Part shown: in pieces, positions 22,214-29,412 of the stretch
How positions within the stretch are numbered: position 1 is the stretch's first letter
Layout of the letters: each line of letters begins with the position of its first letter
Assembly (NCBI GenBank): GCA_041624095.1
Contig: JBFJVR010000001.1
Coordinates: 1 to 30,923, forward strand
Reading direction: 5' to 3'
DNA: 30,923 nt
Source of the DNA: Oleiphilaceae bacterium
GTDB lineage: Bacteria > Pseudomonadota > Gammaproteobacteria > Pseudomonadales > Oleiphilaceae
Translations under genes and position numbers: made by a program
The notes under the pieces: generated by a model
What the model was told of the DNA's origin: nothing
Databases searched by the model: none
The model's input: the letters and a program-made list of their open reading frames with translations, nothing else

Positions 22214-24352
22214 ATGAGCGCGACACTGTTCTCCCGCGATTGGTATCGCATAGCAGACTTGAAACCTCACCTGCGACGACACGTTAAGGTAAGTGCTCAC
22301 CGTTACCGCGGCCGGCGCTGGTACTTATTAGAAGACCAGGTAACGGGGCAAATAAGGCGTATTACGCCTGAATCATACTTAATGGTCGGGCTGATGAACG
22401 GTAGTCGCAGCGTAGACACTCTTTGGCAGCTTGCTTCAGAGCGACTGGGCGAGTCCATGCCGACACACGAAGAGATGCTGCAGCTGCTTGCTAATCTGTA
22501 TCAGGCTAATCTTATTCGTATGGATCTCAGCGGTGATATCAGCGAGTTGTTTGAGCGCGGAAAAGAAGCGACCCGCAAACGTTGGTTAGGAAAACTTAAA
22601 TCGCCACTTTCTATCCAGATTCCACTGCTTGACCCGGAACGCTTCTTACAAGCCAGCCAGAAGTACGTAAAGCCGCTGTTCTCGCCGGTCTTCGCATTAA
22701 TCTGGATTGCCCTGTTCGTTAATATGCTTATCCTCGCTGGCCAACACTGGGACGAACTAAGCGATAATGTCTCCGACCGCGTACTCGCCGCCGATAACTT
22801 ACTGCTACTGTGGCTGATCTATCCGATCATCAAACTGTTACATGAATTAGGGCATGGCTACTGTGTTAAACGGGGCGGCGGAGAAGTACATGAGCTGGGC
22901 ATAATGCTGCTGGTGCTGATTCCCATGCCCTACGTCGACGCTTCGTCATCGAGTGCCTTTGCCAATAAAAAACAGCGCATGCTCGTCGGTTCGGCCGGAA
23001 TACTGGTCGAGCTGTTTATTGCTGCCTTGGCTATGATAGTTTGGGCCAATGCCGAAGCCGGGCTAGCCAAATCAATCGCGTATAACATCCTTTTCATCGC
23101 GGGCGTTTCAACGGTACTGGTGAACGGAAACCCTCTACTGCGTTTCGATGGCTACTATATTCTCGCGGACTTTCTGGAAATTCCTAATTTAGCGCAGCGT
23201 GCTAACCAATACTGGGGTTGGCTCACTAAAAGCATCCTGTTTGGAGTCAAAGGTTTACCGTCACCCGCCTACGATAAACGCGAGGCCTTATGGCTGTTTT
23301 TCTACGGCTTTGCAGCCTTTATCTATCGCTTGTTTTTAATGGTCACCATAGTGTTGTTTGTCGCCCAGCAATACTTTTTTCTGGGGATAATTCTGGCAGT
23401 TTGGTCGGTCGTTGGAACCTTCGTATGGCCAAATCTTAAAATCCTGTTCAAAGCCTGGCGCGACTCCGACATCACCTCCGGGAGGCGCAGTCCTACCTTG
23501 GTTGTGGCTTTGTGCAGCGGATTAGTCGTATTCTTATTCGGCGTGCTGCCTTTCCCGCTGTCCACCAGCATTGAGGGGGTGGTACAGTTCAACGATGAGC
23601 GCCGGGTAATTGCTCACGAGAATTGTTTTATTCGCAACATACGAAGTACACCGGGGTCATTCGTCAAGCAGGGTGAGCTGCTATTGAGTTGCGATAACCG
23701 CGAATTAAAAACAGCGCTATTGGTGTTACAGCAGCAGCTGGCCGAAGCGGTCGCTCAGCGCCAGGGAGGTTGGGACGACCCGGTAAATCTGAAAATATAC
23801 GATGACGAACTCGCGCGTTTGAAATCAGAAATACAAGAAGCTGAAACCCGAATCGCATCGCTGGAAATTTACGCCAAAGCCGATGGAATGTGGTCGCTCA
23901 ATAAGCCGACAGATCTAAGCGGGAAATTCATTAAACGCGGTGAGCTTATCGGCCATATATTGGCAGACGAACGCGTTACAGTCCGCGGAATGATTCCCGA
24001 AGCCGATATCAAACTGGTGCGAGACCACACAGAAACACTGGTAGCCTATAAAGCCTCGGACCTTCATCAACAATGGTCACCCGCAGACTGGAAGGTCTTC
24101 CCCTCGACTACTAAACAGGTCGTAAGCCAGGTGCTGACAGAAGCCGGCGGCGGTACGATTATGCTGAGCCCTGCCGAAGCCGAACCGACGACCTTATTGC
24201 CGTATTTTCTTGTGTTAACGGAATTCGAGCACCTGCCGCGCGTACGCGTGGACGAACGGGTCTTTCTCAAGTTTGAACACCCCCCTGAAGCGCTTGTTTA
24301 TCGCACATATCGCTTGTTGCGGCGCACATTTTTGACCTATTTCGATGTCTGA
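22214..24352 (+). CDS. PqqD/RRE-like N-domain + M50 (site-2 protease family) zinc metalloprotease + HlyD-like adaptor fusion
   Basis: HELGH at aa 210-214 (22841-22855) and NGNPLLRFDG at aa 304-313 give the HExxH + NxxPxxxxDG zinc-ligand set of M50. There are multiple TM helices. The C-terminal half has lipoyl-hairpin-lipoyl features (GSFVKQGELLL ... EIYAKADGMW ... GKFIKRGELIGHI). The N-terminal ~90 aa has a three-strand, three-helix pattern (YLLEDQVTGQIRRIT...LMNGSRSVDTLW...MLQLLANLYQANLI). Confidence 0.85.
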   Translation: MSATLFSRDWYRIADLKPHLRRHVKVSAHRYRGRRWYLLEDQVTGQIRRITPESYLMVGLMNGSRSVDTLWQLASERLGESMPTHEEMLQLLANLYQANLIRMDLSGDISELFERGKEATRKRWLGKLKSPLSIQIPLLDPERFLQASQKYVKPLFSPVFALIWIALFVNMLILAGQHWDELSDNVSDRVLAADNLLLLWLIYPIIKLLHELGHGYCVKRGGGEVHELGIMLLVLIPMPYVDASSSSAFANKKQRMLVGSAGILVELFIAALAMIVWANAEAGLAKSIAYNILFIAGVSTVLVNGNPLLRFDGYYILADFLEIPNLAQRANQYWGWLTKSILFGVKGLPSPAYDKREALWLFFYGFAAFIYRLFLMVTIVLFVAQQYFFLGIILAVWSVVGTFVWPNLKILFKAWRDSDITSGRRSPTLVVALCSGLVVFLFGVLPFPLSTSIEGVVQFNDERRVIAHENCFIRNIRSTPGSFVKQGELLLSCDNRELKTALLVLQQQLAEAVAQRQGGWDDPVNLKIYDDELARLKSEIQEAETRIASLEIYAKADGMWSLNKPTDLSGKFIKRGELIGHILADERVTVRGMIPEADIKLVRDHTETLVAYKASDLHQQWSPADWKVFPSTTKQVVSQVLTEAGGGTIMLSPAEAEPTTLLPYFLVLTEFEHLPRVRVDERVFLKFEHPPEALVYRTYRLLRRTFLTYFDV

Positions 24353-26339
24353 GTTCGCAAGTAAACAAGCTAGCCTTGCCGGTATCCGCAACGAACGGCA
24401 GTGGAAAGATAGCAACCGGCTAGACGTTTTTTTGTCTCGCAGCAGGGAGCGCCTTGGTAAAATTAGCTCGTTGCTCACCCAAAGCAACACGCGTTTGGTC
24501 AGGGCTATTCTTAACCGCAGCGCCGAGCTAGAAGCATACTCTGACGCAAGCTTGAAGCAGGAACTCGAGCAAACCAGAAAAAGGCTACGCCTCGAAGGTA
24601 TTAATAAACACAGCCTTGTTCAAGCGTTTGCAGTCATCCGAGAAACGAGCGGTCGCAGCTTGGGAATGCGCCATCACCATACGCAGATATTGGCATCAAT
24701 CTCATTGTTGCGTGGCAGCATTGCCGAAATGGCAACAGGTGAAGGCAAAACGCTAGCAGCAACCTTGGCGGCAGCAAGTGCTGCGCTGAGTGGGATACCT
24801 GTTCATGTGGTTACCGTCAACGATTATCTGGCAGAACGTGACGCAGAAGAAATGACACCGCTTTACGAAGCTCTCGGGCTAAGTGTCGGCATCGTTACTC
24901 ACGAAAAAGAACTTGCAGAACGTCGCGAGGCCTACGCCTGCGATATATGTTATTGCAGTAACAAGGAACTGACCTTTGATTTTCTGAAAGACCGCTTGGT
25001 GTTAGATGGAAAAACAGGTACTCGACGGTTGCAGGCAGCGCTCTTGACCGGTAGCGCCACTTGGTCAAAGCAGCTGTTATTACGCGGTTTACATTTTGCG
25101 ATTGTAGATGAAGCAGATAGTGTGTTTATTGATGAAGCGCGCACACCGCTCATCATTTCTGGCGAAGAAAAATTCGGCGAGCGCGAGGCAGACTTACTAA
25201 AAACAGCCATGCGAATCGCCAAACAGTTTGAACAGAATCTGCATTTCACTCAAGACGAAACGTCGGCCGTACATTTAAGCTCTGCGGGTCACAAGCTCTT
25301 GGTAGAAGCCTGTGCAGATTTGGACGGCTTATGGCAGAGCAGTTTTTATCGAGAGCCACTTGTTAAGCAAGCGTTGGCGGCACTACATACCTATGTGCTC
25401 GATCGTGATTACATTATCGATGAGGAAGGCGCAGTACAGATCGTAGACCCCTACACCGGACGGGTGATGCCAGGGCGCAGCTGGGGGCAGGGCTTACAAC
25501 AAATGATCGAACTAAAAGAGCAACTAGAACTGACAAAACCGCGTGAAACCAACGCGGAAATTAGTTACCAGAACTTCTTTCGCAAATATCACCACCTGTG
25601 TGGCATGACGGGAACAGGGCGCGAAGTCGCAGGGGAGTTGCTCGACGTGTATCGTTTACGAAGCGATGTCATCCCTTTGTTGAAACGGAGCCGCCGTAAA
25701 CGCCATTATCGCGAAGTGTATGCAGATGAAGCCGCTAAATGGGCGCGGGTTGCGGAACTCACCCGCGAACTCGAGGGTAAAGGGCAAGCCGTGTTAATAG
25801 GCACAAACTCTGTCGCTTCGTCCGAAGCAGTCAGCACTGTACTCACCGAGGCTGCGATAACACATCGGATACTCAACGCAAGGCAGGACAAAGAAGAAGC
25901 CGATATTGTCTCGATGGCCGGTGGCTCAGGCGTCGTTACTGTATCTACCAGCATGGCGGGGCGAGGCACTGATATAAAACTGAGTGATGAAACAAGGGCA
26001 GCGGGCGGCTTACATGTTATTATCACCGAGCTTCAAGATTCAGCACGTATAGACCGACAACTTGCTGGGCGGAGCGCACGGCAGGGAGATCCGGGCTATG
26101 TTAGCCTGATACTGTCGCTGGACGACATACTTATAAAAAAAATGTCGGGCAGTGCACTGCGTAAAATTATAAAAATGCTGAAGGCATCTGGTTTGGCGCT
26201 GCCTCACTTTGTTGGCTACGCGATACAAATTCACTGCCAGAAAAAGCTGGCCCGAAGCCACTACAAACAACGTAAACAACTGATTAAAGTCGACACACAA
26301 CGCCAGCGGACACTGGCATTTACCGGAGATAAAAAATGA
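24345..26339 (+). CDS. Short SecA paralog (DEAD motor + preprotein-binding domain only; C-terminal domains absent)
   Basis: SecA-specific motifs: EMATGEGKTL (Walker A, M129), VHVVTVNDYLAERDAEEM, AIVDEADSVFIDEARTPLIISG (DEAD at 255), GRVMPGRSWGQGLQQMIELKE, ISYQNFFRKY..LCGMTGT, STSMAGRGTDIKL, RIDRQLAGRSARQGDPG (Q572). It ends at aa 664, versus about 900 for housekeeping gammaproteobacterial SecA. It overlaps both neighbouring genes. Confidence 0.9.
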   Translation: MSEFASKQASLAGIRNERQWKDSNRLDVFLSRSRERLGKISSLLTQSNTRLVRAILNRSAELEAYSDASLKQELEQTRKRLRLEGINKHSLVQAFAVIRETSGRSLGMRHHHTQILASISLLRGSIAEMATGEGKTLAATLAAASAALSGIPVHVVTVNDYLAERDAEEMTPLYEALGLSVGIVTHEKELAERREAYACDICYCSNKELTFDFLKDRLVLDGKTGTRRLQAALLTGSATWSKQLLLRGLHFAIVDEADSVFIDEARTPLIISGEEKFGEREADLLKTAMRIAKQFEQNLHFTQDETSAVHLSSAGHKLLVEACADLDGLWQSSFYREPLVKQALAALHTYVLDRDYIIDEEGAVQIVDPYTGRVMPGRSWGQGLQQMIELKEQLELTKPRETNAEISYQNFFRKYHHLCGMTGTGREVAGELLDVYRLRSDVIPLLKRSRRKRHYREVYADEAAKWARVAELTRELEGKGQAVLIGTNSVASSEAVSTVLTEAAITHRILNARQDKEEADIVSMAGGSGVVTVSTSMAGRGTDIKLSDETRAAGGLHVIITELQDSARIDRQLAGRSARQGDPGYVSLILSLDDILIKKMSGSALRKIIKMLKASGLALPHFVGYAIQIHCQKKLARSHYKQRKQLIKVDTQRQRTLAFTGDKK

Positions 26340-27109
26340 TAAGCTCACCAAACAGGGTTAGACTCACGGCTGTATGCGCACTCATGTTATGTAGCGCTGG
26401 GCCACTATCTGCAAGCGAATCGACATTGTCGACGCTGGGTTGCATGCTAGAGCCGAGTGAAAAGGTGGATGTGAGCTCCCCGGTACCGGGTGTATTGGAC
26501 AAGGTCGCGATCAAAAGGGGCGACCTGGTAAAAAAAGGCGATGTGTTATTTAAATTGAAAGCAGGGGTAGAGCAAGAGCAAGTTGATCTGGTAAAAGCAA
26601 AAGCTGATTTCGCCGAACGCAAAGCGAAACGGAATCAGGAATTATACAAAGATGACATTCTCACCATGCACGAACGCGACGAGATAGAAACCGAATTATT
26701 ACTCGCAAAAACCGAACTACGCTTGAAGCAGGAAGAACTCGCCCTGCGTACCGTCAAAAGCCCAATTAAGGGTGTCGTGGTGAATCGTTTGAACACCAAA
26801 GGAGAGTATGTAAACGTTGAACCGGTAGTGCAACTGGCGAATCTAGACCCATTGCATATCGACCTGCTGTTGCCCGCCAGTTACTTCGGGAAAATCACCA
26901 AAGGGCAAGAACTACTGATCAAACCTGAAGCCGAGATGATCGCAGCAAGCCCCGCCAAAGTGGATATCGTCGACCCTTTAATCGACCCCGCTAGCGGCAC
27001 CTTTCGCGTACAGTTGGTCATGGCAAACCCCGGTAACAAGATACCCGCAGGCTTACGCTGCTCAGCACAAACACAGCCGCAAGCCGTAACGCAAGTTGCG
27101 CCGAAGTAG
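26336..27109 (+). CDS. Efflux RND/HlyD-type periplasmic adaptor (MFP) with probable cleavable signal peptide
   Basis: N-terminal basic + hydrophobic leader (MISSPNRVRLTAVCALMLCSAGPLSA), VSSPVPGVLDKVAIKRGDLVKKGDVL and TVKSPIKGVV lipoyl halves, short hairpin, DPLIDPASGTFRVQL..ANPGNKIPAG barrel motif. ATGA overlap with the SecA paralog stop. Confidence 0.9.
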   Translation: MISSPNRVRLTAVCALMLCSAGPLSASESTLSTLGCMLEPSEKVDVSSPVPGVLDKVAIKRGDLVKKGDVLFKLKAGVEQEQVDLVKAKADFAERKAKRNQELYKDDILTMHERDEIETELLLAKTELRLKQEELALRTVKSPIKGVVVNRLNTKGEYVNVEPVVQLANLDPLHIDLLLPASYFGKITKGQELLIKPEAEMIAASPAKVDIVDPLIDPASGTFRVQLVMANPGNKIPAGLRCSAQTQPQAVTQVAPK

Positions 27110-27115
27110 TAAGCA

Positions 27116-27601
27116 ATGACGAGTAAATTGACCAACAGTTTGCTGGGTCTGGTGATTGTATTGTTGCTTGTGAATATCACGTTAACGACGAAGGTCCTCA
27201 AGCAGCAAAGCCATGACCTAGCAGACGAAAAGCAGACACAATTCGAGCCCGCTGTAGCTAAGGAGTGGGGCCGTAAAGCAATTAAACTTTATAACCAGCA
27301 GGATCATGCCTCACTGTACGAGCTGTTCCACGCCCAGGCAAAGGACAAAATCACTAAACAACAACTCGAAACCCAGCTTACTAGGCTTTACCAGTTATTT
27401 GGTGATATTCAGGATGGCGCGCTGGTCAATTCGATAAAGCTCGGTGAGAAGGGTAACGAAGAATATTACCAATTGGGCTACAAGGTGCTCGCAACCAAAA
27501 CCGACACCGGAACAGCTAATCTCACACTATCGCTGATCAAGACCGAGAACGATATCAGACTTTATGGCTTCAAACTCAACGCCCTCCAATCCCTCGAATA
27601 G
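27116..27601 (+). CDS. Membrane-anchored hypothetical protein, DUF3887/NTF2-like periplasmic domain (tentative)
   Basis: N-terminal hydrophobic helix (LLGLVIVLLLVNITL), then AIKLYNQQDHASLYELFHAQAKDKITKQQLETQLTRLYQLFGDI followed by beta-strands, resembling DUF3887/DUF4019-type folds. It starts 6 bp after the MFP stop. Confidence 0.6.
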   Translation: MTSKLTNSLLGLVIVLLLVNITLTTKVLKQQSHDLADEKQTQFEPAVAKEWGRKAIKLYNQQDHASLYELFHAQAKDKITKQQLETQLTRLYQLFGDIQDGALVNSIKLGEKGNEEYYQLGYKVLATKTDTGTANLTLSLIKTENDIRLYGFKLNALQSLE

Positions 27602-27612
27602 TTGGGAATAGT

Positions 27613-27723
27613 TGGGGACGGAGGGATCAGAAATTGACCAATTCGCGATTCTTATGACCTGAGCCCACATAGACCGCGGGTTTAGCCGATACCCGAGTGC
27701 GACCTAGCTCGCCTCCGTCCCCA
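27613..27723. repeat. 111-bp unit with perfect 12-bp terminal inverted repeats (MITE- or REP/REPIN-like)
   Basis: TGGGGACGGAGG at 27613-27624 and its exact reverse complement CCTCCGTCCCCA at 27712-27723. Confidence 0.7.
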
Positions 27724-27786
27724 CCCAGGTGGCTGGTAAAGGTTCGATTATCGGTCCTATTAAGGCAGATTATTTTACCTTCTGCC

Positions 27787-27794
27787 TCTATACT
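27787..27794 (+). promoter_or_regulatory. Candidate sigma-S/sigma-70 -10 element for the mscS-family gene
   Basis: TCTATACT matches the E. coli RpoS-type extended -10 (C at -13, TATACT), about 78 nt upstream of ATG 27872. No convincing -35. A 7-bp inverted repeat AGGCAGA/TCTGCCT (27763-27787) abuts it. Confidence 0.3.
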
Positions 27795-27871
27795 CGGGGT
27801 TTGTTATGGCTGTATTCTGACTTATACCCTTACTTCAACGGCCTATCAGCTGGCATGCAAGGTTGCCTACT

Positions 27872-29200
27872 ATGCTATTGGACAAGCTTAACCAGATCTT
27901 TGAAGACAGCTTACGTGTAACAACTGAGGCTATGTCCTTGCCTGAGACCTATACGCAAATAGGGATCGTTTTAGGGGTTTATGCCCTTGCCTTTGGCTTG
28001 GCCAACCGTATTCGAAAGTTCGCACCGTTGCTGGATGCTAACTATAGAGGCGCTGCGGTTCACCCCTTCCGAAAATTTGTAAGCAAGCTCGGCCGACTGA
28101 TCTTCCCCCTGTTAGCGATATTGATGCTGAGAATTTCAGTAGAGATAAGCCAAGCGGCGATAAACCATGGCTGGCTTGTGAAAACTGCGCTAACGATCGC
28201 CTTATTACTGCTATTTTATTCCATCGTCGAAGATTTCGTTCATAACAGAGTTGTATCACGTGCATTTAAATGGTTAGGCATGCCCATACTGTTTTTGCAC
28301 CTGATAGGTTGGTTGGGTAGTTTAATTGCGTTACTGGAATCCATCTCGATTAACGTCGGAGATATTTCGGTATCACTCTACGGTATTGCGCGAGTCACTA
28401 TATTTGGGTCCTTACTGTTCTGGTTCGGCCGAATCAGTAGTAAAACAGGCCGCGATTATATCTCCCACCAACAAAGCCTCGATTTACGTACGCGAGAGGT
28501 TGCTGCAAAGCTACTCGAGGTAGCGATATTCTTTATTATTTTCCTCTTGCTGCTCCAGATTATGGGTATCAACCTGACCGCCTTGGCGGTGTTTGGGGGC
28601 GCATTGGGTGTTGGCCTGGGGTTTGGCTTACAGGCTATTGCCTCTAATTTTATTTCTGGCGTCATAATTCTGCTCGACCGCTCGTTATCGATTGGTGACT
28701 ACGTCGAGCTGGACGATGGCCGGACTGGCGTTGTGCGTGAGCTGAACATGCGTTCCACTACGCTAGAAACTTTCGATGGTAAAGATATCGTCGTACCCAA
28801 CGAAAAGTTTATTGTCGAGACCTTTACCAACTGGACGCATAAAGATAAAAGCCAGCGTTATCGCGTCGATTTCTCGGTCGCCTACAGCAGCGATGTCAGA
28901 AAACTCGTCACCATTATTAAAGAAGTCGTGGCGAGCCATCCACAAGTCTTCAGCGGTGAAGACATTCCCTTTGAAGAACGCCCTGACTGTGAGATAGACA
29001 GCTTTGGTGACTCAGGCATCAATATGTTCGTTGAGTTCTGGATGGAAGGGATAGACGACGGTAAAAACCGCGTAGGTGGCGATTTGCTGTTGATGATTCT
29101 TGAAGCACTTCAAGAACATGGCTTCGAGATACCCTTCCCACAACGAGAGGTTAGGGTACTTAATAAGGGGTTTTCCGTTCGCAGTAAACAGGACGACTAA
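27872..29200 (+). CDS. MscS-family mechanosensitive channel (442 aa, extended N-terminal TM region)
   Basis: Canonical TM3/beta-domain motif GALGVGLGFGLQAIASNFISGVIILLDRSLSIGDYVEL..G..G.V.....RSTTLETFDGKDIVVPN and C-terminal IPFPQREV. I prefer ATG 27872 (AAGG 9 nt upstream) over TTG 27863. Confidence 0.95.
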   Translation: MLLDKLNQIFEDSLRVTTEAMSLPETYTQIGIVLGVYALAFGLANRIRKFAPLLDANYRGAAVHPFRKFVSKLGRLIFPLLAILMLRISVEISQAAINHGWLVKTALTIALLLLFYSIVEDFVHNRVVSRAFKWLGMPILFLHLIGWLGSLIALLESISINVGDISVSLYGIARVTIFGSLLFWFGRISSKTGRDYISHQQSLDLRTREVAAKLLEVAIFFIIFLLLLQIMGINLTALAVFGGALGVGLGFGLQAIASNFISGVIILLDRSLSIGDYVELDDGRTGVVRELNMRSTTLETFDGKDIVVPNEKFIVETFTNWTHKDKSQRYRVDFSVAYSSDVRKLVTIIKEVVASHPQVFSGEDIPFEERPDCEIDSFGDSGINMFVEFWMEGIDDGKNRVGGDLLLMILEALQEHGFEIPFPQREVRVLNKGFSVRSKQDD

Positions 29201-29412
29201 ACACATTTATTGTATGTGGCCGAAGTTAACACGAGCAAAGCAAGCGCTGTAACATTCGGGTAATTTCGCCAATAAGGAAGTCCCTTCTAACTCGATAGCA
29301 ATGCTACAAGCTAAAGCTAAAATAAACGGCCTTTAAATAGCTAAGCAAGATTTATTATTTGATAATACTCATAGAATAACGCAAACGTGTGGGTTCGAGC
29401 GGAGGGAAGATT

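Noticed and set aside
22214-24352. RiPP/bacteriocin biosynthetic cluster suggested by the RRE-like and M50 domains
   Set aside because: No precursor-like peptide and no radical SAM, YcaO or lanthipeptide enzymes in the window.
24345-26339. Calling this housekeeping secA, or a secA pseudogene
   Set aside because: It is about 240 aa too short and in the wrong context for housekeeping secA. Catalytic motifs are intact, the stop overlaps the next start, and the ORF track shows no downstream remnant of the missing domains, so decay is unlikely.
19837-27601. ABC transporter, RND permease, TolC or SecY2 gene
   Set aside because: No LSGGQ signature or ABC-type Walker motifs and no ORF of suitable size or character; the only Walker A is SecA-type. 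They could still lie outside the window.
27697-27920. Small + strand ORFs 27697-27891 and 27729-27920
   Set aside because: Short, no motifs, and they overlap the repeat element, the putative promoter and the mscS start.
29359-29372. FNR/Anr-like site TTGAT-aata-CTCAT upstream of the usp gene
   Set aside because: An 8/10 match in an AT-rich region, and too close to the SD for a standard class II activation geometry.
29389-29412. GTG 29389 start for the USP, and TTG 27863 start for MscS
   Set aside because: A better SD and typical N-terminus support ATG 29413; SD spacing favours ATG 27872.
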